DNA of 64,000 nt from Thermoplasmata archaeon (GCA_035283985.1 DATESQ010000009.1:953-64952), one strand, 5' to 3'. Shown: positions 1 to 9,934, numbered from the stretch's first letter. The notes: generated by a model not told the origin, from the letters alone. Program-made: numbers and translations.

Positions 1-1
1 C

Positions 2-1093
2 ACGGGGATCGTCGAGGAGCATCTCGCCGTTCGATCGGCGGCGGGCCTCTTCGACGTGAGCCACATGGGCAAGCTCCTCCTCACGGGGTCCGGTGCCCAC
101 GAGGCGATTGCTCGCCTCTCGACGAACGACACCCCCGCGACGCCCGGGCGGGCCCGGTACACGCACCTCCTCGACGACGAGGGCCGGATCATCGACGACG
201 TGATCTTCACGTGCCTCGGGCCCGACCGATTCCTCTGTGTGTGCAACGCGGGGCCGCGGCGTCGCCTCGTGCCGTGGATCAAGGACCACTTCCGCGGCCA
301 AAAGCTCCGTGACCTTACCTCCGACTTCCTCTGCCTCGCGCTTCAGGGTCCGGAGGCGCCGGAGATCCTGTCCCGGCTCACCTCCACGGACGTCGCGTCG
401 CTGAAGACCTTCCGGGCCCTCCACGTCCGCCTGAAACTCGGCCAGAAGGCCATGGCCGTCTTTCGTCCAGCGGAAATGGAGGGGTGGGGGAGCCTCGGTG
501 GGCTTGCGGAGGGCCCGGCCAGCGCCGCGGCAGGTTCGGCTGAGGGCCTGACCCCGTCGATCCTCGTGACCCGGACAGGATACACGGGCGAACCGGGGTT
601 CGAGCTCTTCCCGCCGGCGGCTCTCGCGGTCCCCGTCTGGTCCGCCCTCTTGGACGCGGGCGCGGACGTCGGCGTACGGCCCGTCGGGCTCGGCGCGCGG
701 GACACGCTCCGACTCGAGAAGGGCTACCTCCTCTCGGGCCAGGATTTCACGGGTCGGGAGACGAGCCTCGAGACGAACAGCGAGTGGCTCGTGAAGTGGG
801 ACCACGAGTTCATCGGGCGCGAGGCGCTCCGGGTGCAGAAGGAGCGAGGTGACCACCGTCGCTTGCTCGGGCTCCGACTCGCGGATCGCGGCGTCCCCCG
901 GCATGGGTGCCGGGTCTTGGCGGGCGAGCGAGATGTCGGCGTCGTGACGAGCGGCACGATGTCCCCATCCCTGCGCGTCGGAATCGCGCTTGCGTACCTC
1001 GATCCTCCTGTGGCGACCCCCGGGACCGAGGTCGGTGTCGAGATCCGGGACGAGGCGAAGCGCGCGGTCGTCACAAAGCCCCCATTTATCTAG
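2..1093 (+). CDS. gcvT: Glycine cleavage system T protein (aminomethyltransferase), 5' end outside the window
   Basis: The in-frame translation from nt 2 reads GIVEEHLAVRSAAGLFDVSHMGK...TRTGYTGEPGFELF...LGARDTLRLEKGY, which are typical GcvT motifs. No start codon lies within the window, so the gene is N-terminally truncated by the window edge. Confidence 0.85.
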   Translation, partial: TGIVEEHLAVRSAAGLFDVSHMGKLLLTGSGAHEAIARLSTNDTPATPGRARYTHLLDDEGRIIDDVIFTCLGPDRFLCVCNAGPRRRLVPWIKDHFRGQKLRDLTSDFLCLALQGPEAPEILSRLTSTDVASLKTFRALHVRLKLGQKAMAVFRPAEMEGWGSLGGLAEGPASAAAGSAEGLTPSILVTRTGYTGEPGFELFPPAALAVPVWSALLDAGADVGVRPVGLGARDTLRLEKGYLLSGQDFTGRETSLETNSEWLVKWDHEFIGREALRVQKERGDHRRLLGLRLADRGVPRHGCRVLAGERDVGVVTSGTMSPSLRVGIALAYLDPPVATPGTEVGVEIRDEAKRAVVTKPPFI

Positions 1094-1173
1094 TGCACCC
1101 AGATAAAAGTACCTCGGGGCACTTTCGGGGACCTCTGGCGGAAGCCTGATAGCACCCCGTGCTCTGTCATGTG

Positions 1174-1214
1174 AGGTAACAGGTATGGTAACAAACCTCG
1201 TCCCCGATGGTAAC
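1174..1214 (+). promoter_or_regulatory. Three direct GGTAACA repeats in an AT-rich leader upstream of nrdJ (candidate operator/promoter region)
   Basis: GGTAACA occurs at about 1174, 1186 and 1208, with a fourth TAACA near 1235. This is the only AT-rich stretch in the 240-nt intergenic region and lies in front of a GC hairpin (cccgcgcc...ggcgcggg) at about 1255-1285. Function is inferred from placement only. Confidence 0.3.
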
Positions 1215-1332
1215 ATACTTGCTGCAAAAAGGCACTTAACAACCAAGGGGTCTGCCCGCGCCTTACCCCCCCCGCGCGGGTCGTTGGAGACGCCTCTCGT
1301 AGGCCTGCGCATCAATCAATAGAGATGATCCC

Positions 1333-4300
1333 ATGTTGAAACTCGAGCCGACCCTCGACCTCATCGCCGGTGAGCCCGACCCCCGGTTGTCCGAGAACGC
1401 CCTCCGCGTCCTGGAGAGGCGCTATCTTCGAAAGGATGAGACCGGGAAGGTCACCGAGACGCCGAGGGAGCTGTTCTGGCGGGTCGCGTGGAACCTTGCT
1501 CAGGCGGACCGCACATACGGTGCGACGGAAGAGCAGGTCCTCGAGGCCGCGAAGTCGTTCTACCGTCTGATGGCGAACCTGGAGTTCCTGCCGAACTCCC
1601 CGACGCTGATGAACGCGGGACTGGAGCTGCAGCAGCTCAGCGCGTGCTTTGCGGCTGGCACCGCTGTCAGTACCATCGCAGGGCCGAAGCCTGTCGAGGA
1701 GATAGTGGTCGGGGACCTAGTCCTCACTCACCGAGGGCGCTACCGTCGGGTCGTCGCCACGATGCGCCGGGAAGCCCCCGTGCGCAGAGTCAAGATCCAC
1801 CGACTGCCCGCGATGTTTGCGACGGAGGAGCACCCCTTCCTCACCCCGGAGGGTTGGGTCCGGGCCGGCGACCTCGTGGGCCGGCATGTTCGCGTCGGGA
1901 GCGCCGCCGAGGTGGTCACGCGAACGGAGATTGAATTCGAGGCAGAGGTCGACGGGGACCTGGTCTATCGCCGGAAGACGGGGCGTTCCGAAGCGTCCGT
2001 TGCGCGGCACCGAGTTCTCGGCGCCCGGAGCCTCCAGGTCAAGCCCGTGAAGGCCCACGTCCACCTCGACGAGGAGATTGGCTGGTTCTTCGGGATGTAC
2101 CTCGCGGAAGGCGAGATTAACCCGACACTCCGGGCCGCAAGGTTCACCCTAGGCCTGCACGAGCAAGCGACCGCGGACCGTTTGGCGTCGATTCTGAGGA
2201 ATCGGTTCGCGCTCGACTCGGAGATTACCCATGTCGTCGATGCGCCGACCTCTTGGATTTCAGTACGCGTCCAAAGCAAGATTTTCTGCGAATGGCTCGC
2301 TGGGGAATTCGATCGGGGTTTCGCTTCGAAGAGACTGCCCGACTGGATCCACGAGACCCCCGCCGAGTTCCGAACCGGCTTGCTCCAGGGCGTGGCGGAC
2401 GGGGACGGCACGCACGTGAATGTGAATCAGACGAGGATCACCCTTTCGAACGAGGGGCTCGTGCGGCAGCTCTTCGAGCTCGGGGTCGGGCTGGGCCATG
2501 CGCCGGCGATGAAGCCGGAATACATGCCTGCGAACGCGACCGCGCGCCCGTGGTCCATCACCCTCGGCGGGAAGCCCATGTACGTTCGGGACGGCGCCTA
2601 CCTCGTGGAGTCTGTCGAGTCTGTCGAGGGCGTCACCACCGTGTACAACTTGGAGGTCGAGGAGGACAACACGTACGTCGCGAATGGAGTCGTCGTCCAC
2701 AACTGCTTCGTCCTTCCAGTCGAAGACAGCCTCGCAGGGATCTTCCAGACGCTGAAAGAAAGCGCACTGATCCATCAATCGGGCGGGGGATGCGTCGCCG
2801 GCGATTCCCATGTCTTCACAACGTTTTGCGGCGTCGAGCGGCTCGAGACGTTGTACGAGCGAATACGCACGCTTGGGGCCCCCGAGGAGGTCCGCCAAGG
2901 GCACCGGGTCATGGACATCTCGTCCTTGGGCGTTCGGACCTTTGCCGTGAATCCCGCAACCGGCAGGTTCGACACGAAGCAAGTCACACATCTCTGGAGC
3001 TGGGACGTTCCTGCGGAAAATCAGTACAGGATTCGCTGCTCCGACGGTACTGAGGTGACGACGAGCGAGTGGCACCCGTTTCTCGTCATGACGGAAGACG
3101 GGATCGTCGAGCGCCGAGCCGACGCGTTGCAACCCGGCGACGTCCTGCTCGGACCGAACCGTTCCGTCAGAGACGCATGGCCCTTCACAAGTTACCTCGA
3201 ACAGGAGGGCTTCGTCCTCGACGAACCACTGGCATGGTTGATTGGGTTCTTCCTCGGAGACGGTAGCCTCGACTGGTTTCAGAATCGGAAGGTTGGCTAC
3301 CGCGCGCTCCGCCTCAGGCTCTTCGACGGCCGCCCGGAGAACATCCGGTTCGCGCGGGAGGTTCTCGCGGCCCATGGCATCTTGGTTACACCCCAGCAGG
3401 ATCGGCGAGGTCTCTGGTCGCTAACCACGACGGACGCGGGCTTCGTCCCCCGGCTCGCCCGTCTCGCGCAGTCGGGACCGGGACCGAAGGTGGCCCTCAC
3501 GATGCCGGAGTGGGTCGCGAAATCCCCCCTCTCCGTAGTCGCCGCGTTCCTCGGCGGCCTAATTGACTCCGACGGATACGTCTCTCTCGATCGGCGACGG
3601 TTGGAGTTCAGTACGGTGTGTCCAGAACTCGCCAATCGCCTTGTCTCCCTGCTCAGCGCGCTCGGATTCAACCCCTCGATTCGCGCGAAGGCACCGGGAC
3701 CGAGGGCGAAGCTCGTCGAGTACCGACTCCACATGGCGGACGCGAAGAGGACGCCGGAGCTCGTCTCTATGGTTCGGGCCTGGGTCCACGATCCCTTCCG
3801 CGGACACCGCCTCGATCTCCTCACCGAGCGGGTCGCCCACAACACTCACACGCGGATCCCGCTGCCATTTACCTTATTGGAGAAACTCCTCAGAGCGGCG
3901 GGCGTCGAAACCCGGGGCACCGCAATCCACAAGTCGGCCGTGGCCGTGGGGGATGTGCAACTGTGGCTCCACCGCGCGAAGTGGGGCGATGGAATCGGGG
4001 AGGACAAGCTCCGCCAACTCGTGCAGGCCCTCCGATCCGTAACTTCCGAACAGTCCAGCCCGCTCCTGGAATTGTTGGAACACCTCGCCGGCGGATGGAC
4101 AGCCGTGGAGGCCGTGGAAAGACCGGCGGAGCCGAAGGCGTTTTACGATCTGACCGTCGCCGACTTCAACAACTACCTCGCGGGCGGCGGACTCGGCAAG
4201 ATGGCGGTCGTTCACAACACCGGTTTCTCGTTCTCCCGCCTTCGTCCAAAGAACGACTTCGTCCGATCCACGATGGGCGTCGCGAGTGGACCCGTATCGT

Positions 4301-6177
4301 TCATGAAGGTCTTCGACGCGGCGACACAGCAGGTCAAACAGGGATCTCGGAGAAGGGGTGCTAACATGGGAATTCTGCGGGTGGACCACCCGGACATCCT
4401 TGAGTTCATCACGTGCAAGGACGACATCCGCGAGATCACGAACTTCAACATCTCGGTCGCGGTCACGGACGCCTTCATGGAGGCTGTGCGGACGTCGGAG
4501 AAGTACGACCTCGTAAGCCCGCGTACGGGCAAGGTCGTGAGCCAGCTCGACGCCCGCGAGGTGTTCGACAAGATTGCGCACCAGGCCTGGAAGAACGGGG
4601 AGCCCGGGCTCTTCTTCATCGATGAGACGAACCGGCGGCAACCGACGCCCCACATCGGCATGATGGAGGCGACAAATCCCTGCGGCGAACAACCTTTGTT
4701 ACAATACGAATCTTGCAACCTTGGGTCGATTGACTTAGAACGGCACATGGCCCGCGGCTCGGGCGGTCGCTGGGACGTCGACTGGAAGAAGCTCGAGCGG
4801 ACCGTGCGGACCGCGGCGCGCCTCCTCGACAACGTGATCGACATGAACGCGTACCCCGTGAAGCAGATCGAGGAGATGACGATGGCGACCCGCAAGATCG
4901 GACTCGGCGTGATGGGCTTCGCCCGGATGCTGTTCATGCTCGAGGTGGCGTACGACGCCGAAGAGGGCGTCGAGTGGGGCCGGCGGGTGATGAAGTTCAT
5001 CAAGGACGTCGGCTACGACGAGAGCGCGAAGCTCGCGGCGGTCCGGGGCCCGTATCCCGCGTGGACCGGTTCCCGCCACTGGGAGCAGGGCGTCAAGGTC
5101 CGGAACTCGTACGTGACGACGGTCGCGCCGACGGGTACGCTGTCGATGATCGCGGACACGTCCGGCGGTTGCGAGCCCGAGTTCTCCCTGATCTGGTTCA
5201 AGCGCGTGATGGAGGGGGAGCAGCTTCCATATTCCCTCGCGTACTTCGAGGATGTCGCGAAGCGAGAAGGCTTCTGGACGCCGGACCTCGTGCACCGGGT
5301 CCTCGAGAACGGCGGCCGCGCCCGCGGGATTAGCGGGGTCCCGCAGAAGTGGCAGCGCGTCTTCGCGGTCTCGTTCGACGTCGCGGCCGAGTGGCACGTC
5401 CGGATGCAGGCCGCGTTCCAGGATAGTTCTGACAGCGCGGTAAGCAAGACGATTAACCTGCCCCGCGAGGCGACGGTCGAGGATGTGAAGAAGGCCTACC
5501 TCCTCGCGCATGAGTTGAAGTGCAAGGGGATCACGGTGTACCGCGACGGGAGCCGGGAGGACCAGGTCTTGAACGTCGGCGTCTCGGGGGCGGAGACGGT
5601 AAAGCCCGCCGAGGCGAAGCCGGTCGAGGTCCCAACGATCACGCGGCCCCGCCGGCGGCCCGCCGTGATCACGGGACGAACGCAGAAGATCCTCACGGGC
5701 TACGGCCCGCTCTACGTGACCGTCAACGAGGACGACAAGGGCCTTTTCGAGCTGTTCGCACAGATCGGCCGCGGCGGCGGGTACACTGCGAGCTTCACGG
5801 AGGGCCTCGCCCGACTCGTCTCACTGTGCCTGCGGTCCGGCGTGCCCGTCGACGAGATCATCGACCAGCTCGAGGGGATCCGGAGCCCGCGACTCGCACT
5901 CGACCACGGGGAGCGGATCTTCTCGATTCCGGACGCGATTGCGAAGGCGATCAAGCGGCACATCGGAATGCAGCGGACGGGAACGGTCCCGCCGATCGAC
6001 TCGTTCGACGCGGAGGTCGGCAGCGTTCCCGTCGACGACGAAATCGAGAAGGAGGCGCAGCAGGCGCCGGACCTCGTGAAACGCGGGCTCAACCCGGAGT
6101 GCCCGGAGTGCGGGCGCACCCTCATCCTCGAAGAGGGCTGCGCGAAGTGCCGGTATTGCGGGTACTCGGAGTGCTGA
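1333..6177 (+). CDS. nrdJ: Class II (adenosylcobalamin-type, monomeric) ribonucleotide reductase precursor containing two inteins
   Basis: The 1614-aa ORF has exteins matching archaeal/Thermoplasma-Pyrococcus-type NrdJ (PNSPTLMNAGLELQQLSA..., EATNPCGEQPLLQYESCNLGS), including the C-terminal Cys-rich zinc ribbon CPECGRTLILEEGCAKCRYCGYSEC. Two Cys...HN-bounded insertions interrupt the catalytic core. The mature protein would be about 785 aa. Confidence 0.9.
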   Translation: MLKLEPTLDLIAGEPDPRLSENALRVLERRYLRKDETGKVTETPRELFWRVAWNLAQADRTYGATEEQVLEAAKSFYRLMANLEFLPNSPTLMNAGLELQQLSACFAAGTAVSTIAGPKPVEEIVVGDLVLTHRGRYRRVVATMRREAPVRRVKIHRLPAMFATEEHPFLTPEGWVRAGDLVGRHVRVGSAAEVVTRTEIEFEAEVDGDLVYRRKTGRSEASVARHRVLGARSLQVKPVKAHVHLDEEIGWFFGMYLAEGEINPTLRAARFTLGLHEQATADRLASILRNRFALDSEITHVVDAPTSWISVRVQSKIFCEWLAGEFDRGFASKRLPDWIHETPAEFRTGLLQGVADGDGTHVNVNQTRITLSNEGLVRQLFELGVGLGHAPAMKPEYMPANATARPWSITLGGKPMYVRDGAYLVESVESVEGVTTVYNLEVEEDNTYVANGVVVHNCFVLPVEDSLAGIFQTLKESALIHQSGGGCVAGDSHVFTTFCGVERLETLYERIRTLGAPEEVRQGHRVMDISSLGVRTFAVNPATGRFDTKQVTHLWSWDVPAENQYRIRCSDGTEVTTSEWHPFLVMTEDGIVERRADALQPGDVLLGPNRSVRDAWPFTSYLEQEGFVLDEPLAWLIGFFLGDGSLDWFQNRKVGYRALRLRLFDGRPENIRFAREVLAAHGILVTPQQDRRGLWSLTTTDAGFVPRLARLAQSGPGPKVALTMPEWVAKSPLSVVAAFLGGLIDSDGYVSLDRRRLEFSTVCPELANRLVSLLSALGFNPSIRAKAPGPRAKLVEYRLHMADAKRTPELVSMVRAWVHDPFRGHRLDLLTERVAHNTHTRIPLPFTLLEKLLRAAGVETRGTAIHKSAVAVGDVQLWLHRAKWGDGIGEDKLRQLVQALRSVTSEQSSPLLELLEHLAGGWTAVEAVERPAEPKAFYDLTVADFNNYLAGGGLGKMAVVHNTGFSFSRLRPKNDFVRSTMGVASGPVSFMKVFDAATQQVKQGSRRRGANMGILRVDHPDILEFITCKDDIREITNFNISVAVTDAFMEAVRTSEKYDLVSPRTGKVVSQLDAREVFDKIAHQAWKNGEPGLFFIDETNRRQPTPHIGMMEATNPCGEQPLLQYESCNLGSIDLERHMARGSGGRWDVDWKKLERTVRTAARLLDNVIDMNAYPVKQIEEMTMATRKIGLGVMGFARMLFMLEVAYDAEEGVEWGRRVMKFIKDVGYDESAKLAAVRGPYPAWTGSRHWEQGVKVRNSYVTTVAPTGTLSMIADTSGGCEPEFSLIWFKRVMEGEQLPYSLAYFEDVAKREGFWTPDLVHRVLENGGRARGISGVPQKWQRVFAVSFDVAAEWHVRMQAAFQDSSDSAVSKTINLPREATVEDVKKAYLLAHELKCKGITVYRDGSREDQVLNVGVSGAETVKPAEAKPVEVPTITRPRRRPAVITGRTQKILTGYGPLYVTVNEDDKGLFELFAQIGRGGGYTASFTEGLARLVSLCLRSGVPVDEIIDQLEGIRSPRLALDHGERIFSIPDAIAKAIKRHIGMQRTGTVPPIDSFDAEVGSVPVDDEIEKEAQQAPDLVKRGLNPECPECGRTLILEEGCAKCRYCGYSEC
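1645..2703 (+). mobile_element. Intein 1 in nrdJ (353 aa) with a LAGLIDADG homing-endonuclease domain
   Basis: It begins with Cys immediately after QQLSA (CFAAGTAV...) and ends ...NGVVVHN followed by Cys (CFVLPVEDS). It contains two LAGLIDADG-like motifs (WFFGMYLAEGE and LLQGVADGDG). The boundaries were computed from the ORF frame. Confidence 0.8.
2791..4218 (+). mobile_element. Intein 2 in nrdJ (476 aa) with a LAGLIDADG homing-endonuclease domain
   Basis: It begins with Cys after HQSGGG (CVAGDSHVF...) and ends ...GKMAVVHN followed by Thr (TGFSFSRLRP). Its LAGLIDADG motifs are LIGFFLGDGSL and FLGGLIDSDGYV. Only a 29-aa extein separates it from intein 1. Confidence 0.8.
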
Positions 6178-6223
6178 GACGGAACGCGGAACCCTTTTCG
6201 CGGCGTCTTCGTTGGGACCCACC

Positions 6224-7453
6224 ATGGTCCGAGCCCGGCGACTCGCTGCATGCGCCCTCGCGTGCGCCCTCGCGATTCTCGTGTTGGCCACGCACGGTGC
6301 GGCGCAGGGCGGGTTCGCGCGGGAGGTCGTCGCCTCCGGGCTCGACTGGCCCGTGAGCCTCGCGTTCCTGTCCCAGGCGGCGCATGGGTATCCGGTCGGT
6401 GCAATCTTCTACACGGAGCGATTCACGGGCGACATCCGCGTGCTCATCGGTGGCCAGCCCCGTCCGCTCCACGTCGGGAACGTGCCCGTCGAAACGAACG
6501 GCGAGCAGGGGCTCTTGGGCCTCGCGCTGGACCCCGATTTTCTGTCAGCGCCCTGGATTTACGCGTACCACACGTACTTCAACGGGACCCTCGGTCGGGA
6601 TGTGAACCGAGTTGTGCGGTTCTGGCTCGGCCCACAGGTACCGCCGGGTCCGCCCCGAATGGAAGTCGTCCTCGATGGGATCCCGGCGGCGAGCGTGCAC
6701 AATGGCGGGATCATCGGGTTCGCACCGGACGGCACGTTGTTCATCACGACCGGTGATGCGGCGAACGCGGCGAACAGCCAGGACAACGCCACTCTCGCGG
6801 GGAAGGTGCTCCGTGTCAACGCAGACGGCACGATTCCCGCGAGCAACCCGATTCCCGGATCTCCCATCTACTCGCTGGGCCACCGGAACGTCTTCGGCCT
6901 CGCGTTCCATCCCGTCACGGGGCGGCCGTACATCAGTGAGAACGGTCCGAGTCAGACCGACGAGGTGAACATCGTGGAGCCGGGGAGAAACTACGGGTGG
7001 CCCCTTGCTCTCGGGGTTGCGAACGACCCGCGGTTCGTGGATCCCATCCTCACCTACGAGGCGATCATCGCGCCGACGGGTATGGCGTTCTACACCGGTA
7101 CGAATTCATCGTGGCGGAACTCCATGTTCCTCGGCGACTGGAATCGGGGAATCCTCCAGAAGATCGACCTTGGCGGGACTGAGTTTCGCCAGGTTATCGG
7201 CACGGAGCAGGTCGACGACATTGGGAGCAGTGGGATCCTCGATGTCGAAGCGGGCCCGGACGGGACCCTGTACGTGTCCTCGCCAGACACGATCTACCGA
7301 TTCATCGGTCCACCGGACGGAGGCACCGGCGGGACCACGCCATCGCAAACCCCGGTCCCAACCGTCGTTTACATCGTGGTCGCACTTCTCGTCGCCGTCT
7401 CTGTGTTCGCCGCGTGGACCGTCCTCCGCAGCCGGAGAGTTCCACCGTCGTGA
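6224..7453 (+). CDS. PQQ-dependent sugar dehydrogenase family (soluble glucose/sorbosone dehydrogenase-like beta-propeller), secreted with a C-terminal membrane anchor
   Basis: It has an N-terminal signal peptide (RRLAACALACALAILVLATHGAAQ). The propeller motifs include GQPRPLHVGNV..NGEQGLLGLALDPDF and SENGPSQTDEVNIVEPGRNYGWP. The C-terminus is a Thr/Pro-rich linker plus a hydrophobic helix and basic tail (PTVVYIVVALLVAVSVFAAWTVLRSRR). The ATG at 6224 was chosen over the upstream TTG. Confidence 0.7.
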   Translation: MVRARRLAACALACALAILVLATHGAAQGGFAREVVASGLDWPVSLAFLSQAAHGYPVGAIFYTERFTGDIRVLIGGQPRPLHVGNVPVETNGEQGLLGLALDPDFLSAPWIYAYHTYFNGTLGRDVNRVVRFWLGPQVPPGPPRMEVVLDGIPAASVHNGGIIGFAPDGTLFITTGDAANAANSQDNATLAGKVLRVNADGTIPASNPIPGSPIYSLGHRNVFGLAFHPVTGRPYISENGPSQTDEVNIVEPGRNYGWPLALGVANDPRFVDPILTYEAIIAPTGMAFYTGTNSSWRNSMFLGDWNRGILQKIDLGGTEFRQVIGTEQVDDIGSSGILDVEAGPDGTLYVSSPDTIYRFIGPPDGGTGGTTPSQTPVPTVVYIVVALLVAVSVFAAWTVLRSRRVPPS

Positions 7454-7471
7454 GGATTGGGGAGGCCCGCC

Positions 7472-8485
7472 ATGACACGACCCGTTGTCCTGTTCGCGAT
7501 CGACATGGACCCTGAGCGTCGAAGGATTGCCGAGGAACGCCTGACAGGGCGCGCGGAAATCCTGATTCGCCGGGACCTCTCGGACGAGGACCTTTCGCGC
7601 CGGGCGCCGGACGTCGATGTCCTCGTGACGGGCGGCTTCCCGCGGGACATCCCCGCAGAGGTGTGGCCGACGATGGCGCGCCTTCGGCTCCTCCAGACCG
7701 TCGCGGCGGGCGTCGACCACCTGCCGTACGACCGGATCCCGCCGGCCGTAACGATTTGCAGCAATGCCGGCGCATACCGCGTCTCGATTTCGGAGCATTC
7801 GATGGCGCTTCTCCTCGCCGCAGCGAAGAACCTCATCATCCACACCGACGCAATCCACCATGGCCGTTTCCCGCAGGACGTGATGGGCATCTCCGTTCGG
7901 GGGAAGACCCTCGGGATCATCGGGCTCGGCGGGATCGGCGGCGAGGCCGCCCGCCTCGCGTCGGGCCTCGGGATGCGCGTGATTGGGGTCAACCGTCGCG
8001 GGACGACGGATGCGCCCGTCGCGTGGTGCGGCACGCTCACGAATCTCGATCGCCTTCTCCAAGAGAGCGATTTCGTCCTCCTCTCCATCCCGCTCACGAA
8101 GGAAACCATGGGCCTCATGGGCGCGCGGGAGCTTCGGCTCATGAAGCCGAATGCGATCCTGGTGAACATAGCGCGAGGAAAGCTGATCCGGGAACGGGAC
8201 CTGTTCCAGCATCTAAAGGCGAACCCGGGCTTCCAAGCGGCACTCGATGTGTGGTGGCGCTACCCGCGGGGGGAGGGATTTCCCTTCACCGAGCGGTTTC
8301 ACGAACTGCCGAACGTCGTGATGACGCCCCACGTCGCGTGGGCGATCCCAGAACAGGCGCGGTGGTCCCTCGAGGGTGCGCTCGACAACGTCGTGCGATT
8401 CCTCTCCGGCGAGTCGCTCCGTAACGTCGTCGACCGCGCGGAATATGTGTTCGAGAGCGAGCCCGCCGAGGATCGACCCGTCTAG
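7472..8485 (+). CDS. D-isomer-specific 2-hydroxyacid dehydrogenase (PGDH/glyoxylate reductase family)
   Basis: The NAD-binding motif GKTLGIIGLGGIGGEAARLASGLGMRVIG and the catalytic-region motif LVNIARGKLI are present. The ATG at 7472 follows a GGAGG ribosome-binding site. Confidence 0.8.
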   Translation: MTRPVVLFAIDMDPERRRIAEERLTGRAEILIRRDLSDEDLSRRAPDVDVLVTGGFPRDIPAEVWPTMARLRLLQTVAAGVDHLPYDRIPPAVTICSNAGAYRVSISEHSMALLLAAAKNLIIHTDAIHHGRFPQDVMGISVRGKTLGIIGLGGIGGEAARLASGLGMRVIGVNRRGTTDAPVAWCGTLTNLDRLLQESDFVLLSIPLTKETMGLMGARELRLMKPNAILVNIARGKLIRERDLFQHLKANPGFQAALDVWWRYPRGEGFPFTERFHELPNVVMTPHVAWAIPEQARWSLEGALDNVVRFLSGESLRNVVDRAEYVFESEPAEDRPV

Positions 8486-8655
8486 CGTTCCCGGCCTGAG
8501 GGCCGCGCCCCGACGGGAAGGATGGCGCGGGTCTTACCTCTCGAATCCTGTGTATTTAGTATATCGCGAAGCATCCCGAAATCGTTAAGACCCCCCGGTT
8601 TCTACTTGCGGACTACGGTCCGCGAAAGGGGGACGTTCGGTAGGAGATGGCCCCG

Positions 8656-9921
8656 ATGGTGAAAGAACCGAAGGAAACGTTGAACCCGTTTGAGGTTGCC
8701 CAGCGCCAGATTGACCGGGTCGGAAAGCGCCTGAGCCTCGACCCTGGACTCCTCGAGATCCTGAAGCACCCGAAGCGCGAGCTCACGGTGAACTTCCCCG
8801 TGAAGATGGACGACGGCTCGATCAAGGTGTATACGGGATACCGGGTCCAGTACAACGATGCGCTCGGCCCGTTCAAGGGCGGGATCCGATATCACTGGAA
8901 CGTGTCCATCGACGAGGTCCGCGCCCTCGCGGCGTGGATGACGTGGAAGTGCTCCGTGATGGGCCTTCCGTTCGGTGGCGCGAAGGGGGGCGTGATCTGC
9001 AATCCGAAGAAGATGTCCCGCGGCGAGATCGAGCGGCTCACGCGGCGCTTTGCGACCGCAATCTCGATCATCATCGGACCGGACAAGGACATCCCTGCGC
9101 CGGACGTGTACACGGACAGCCAGACGATGGCGTGGATCATGGACACGATCTCGATGAACGTAGGCTACGCGGTCCCGGGCGTCGTGACGGGGAAGCCCCT
9201 CGCGATTGGCGGGTCCCAGGGCCGCGACGAGGCGACGTCCCGCGGGCTCATGTACGCGACCCGCGAGGCCGCGAAGCGTCATGGAATCAAGGTGAAAGGC
9301 GCGGCCGTCGCCGTCCAAGGCTTCGGGAACGTTGGATACCATTACGCCCGTCTGATGCAGGATGAGATGGGCTCGAAGATCGTCGCAGTGAGCGACTCGA
9401 CGGGCGGCATCTACTCCGAGGCGGGGTTCAACCCGATTGAGGTCCTCTCCCACAAGGAGAAGACCGGGAGCGTCGTCGGATTCCCAGGAACGAAGAAGAT
9501 CACGAACGAGGCGATCCTCGAGCTCGACGTGGACATCCTCGCCCCGTGCGCGCTCGAGAACGTGATCACGACGGAGAATGCAGGCCGGATACGAGCGAAA
9601 CTCATCGCGGAGGGCGCGAACGGCCCCACGACGCCGGAGGCGGACGACGTTCTGTTCAAGCGCGGCGTGACCGTGCTGCCGGACATCCTCGCGAATGGGG
9701 GCGGCGTGACGGTGTCGTACTTCGAGTGGGTCCAGAACCTGCAGGAGTTCTTCTGGACGAAGGCCGAGGTCGACGCGAAGCTCGAGGGCCAGATGGTCCG
9801 CGCGTTCGAGAAGGTGTGGGAAACCGCACAGAAGGAGAAGATCGACCTGCGTCAGGCCGCGTACATGGTCGCGATCCAGCGCGTCGTCGGGGCGTACAAG
9901 GTCCGCGGGATTTACCCATAG
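8656..9921 (+). CDS. gdhA: Glutamate dehydrogenase
   Basis: The GDH signature LGPFKGGIRYHWNVSIDEVRALAAWMTWKCSVMGLPFGGAKGG and the NAD(P) fold GFGNVG are present. The second ATG (8656) has better AGGAG spacing than the first (8647). Confidence 0.9.
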   Translation: MVKEPKETLNPFEVAQRQIDRVGKRLSLDPGLLEILKHPKRELTVNFPVKMDDGSIKVYTGYRVQYNDALGPFKGGIRYHWNVSIDEVRALAAWMTWKCSVMGLPFGGAKGGVICNPKKMSRGEIERLTRRFATAISIIIGPDKDIPAPDVYTDSQTMAWIMDTISMNVGYAVPGVVTGKPLAIGGSQGRDEATSRGLMYATREAAKRHGIKVKGAAVAVQGFGNVGYHYARLMQDEMGSKIVAVSDSTGGIYSEAGFNPIEVLSHKEKTGSVVGFPGTKKITNEAILELDVDILAPCALENVITTENAGRIRAKLIAEGANGPTTPEADDVLFKRGVTVLPDILANGGGVTVSYFEWVQNLQEFFWTKAEVDAKLEGQMVRAFEKVWETAQKEKIDLRQAAYMVAIQRVVGAYKVRGIYP

Positions 9922-9934
9922 GGAGAGGTCGCCA

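Noticed and set aside
1094-1332. An adenosylcobalamin riboswitch upstream of the B12-dependent RNR
   Set aside because: No B12-box or the conserved riboswitch core could be recognised. Only a simple hairpin and short direct repeats are present.
2260-3375. Long antisense and alternate-frame ORFs inside nrdJ (and the many similar ones inside icd, the HdrDE-like gene, the Bcr-like operon, the FG-GAP gene, etc.)
   Set aside because: All are Arg/Pro/Gly-rich with no family motifs. They are the expected by-product of about 65% GC and lie entirely within strongly supported genes.
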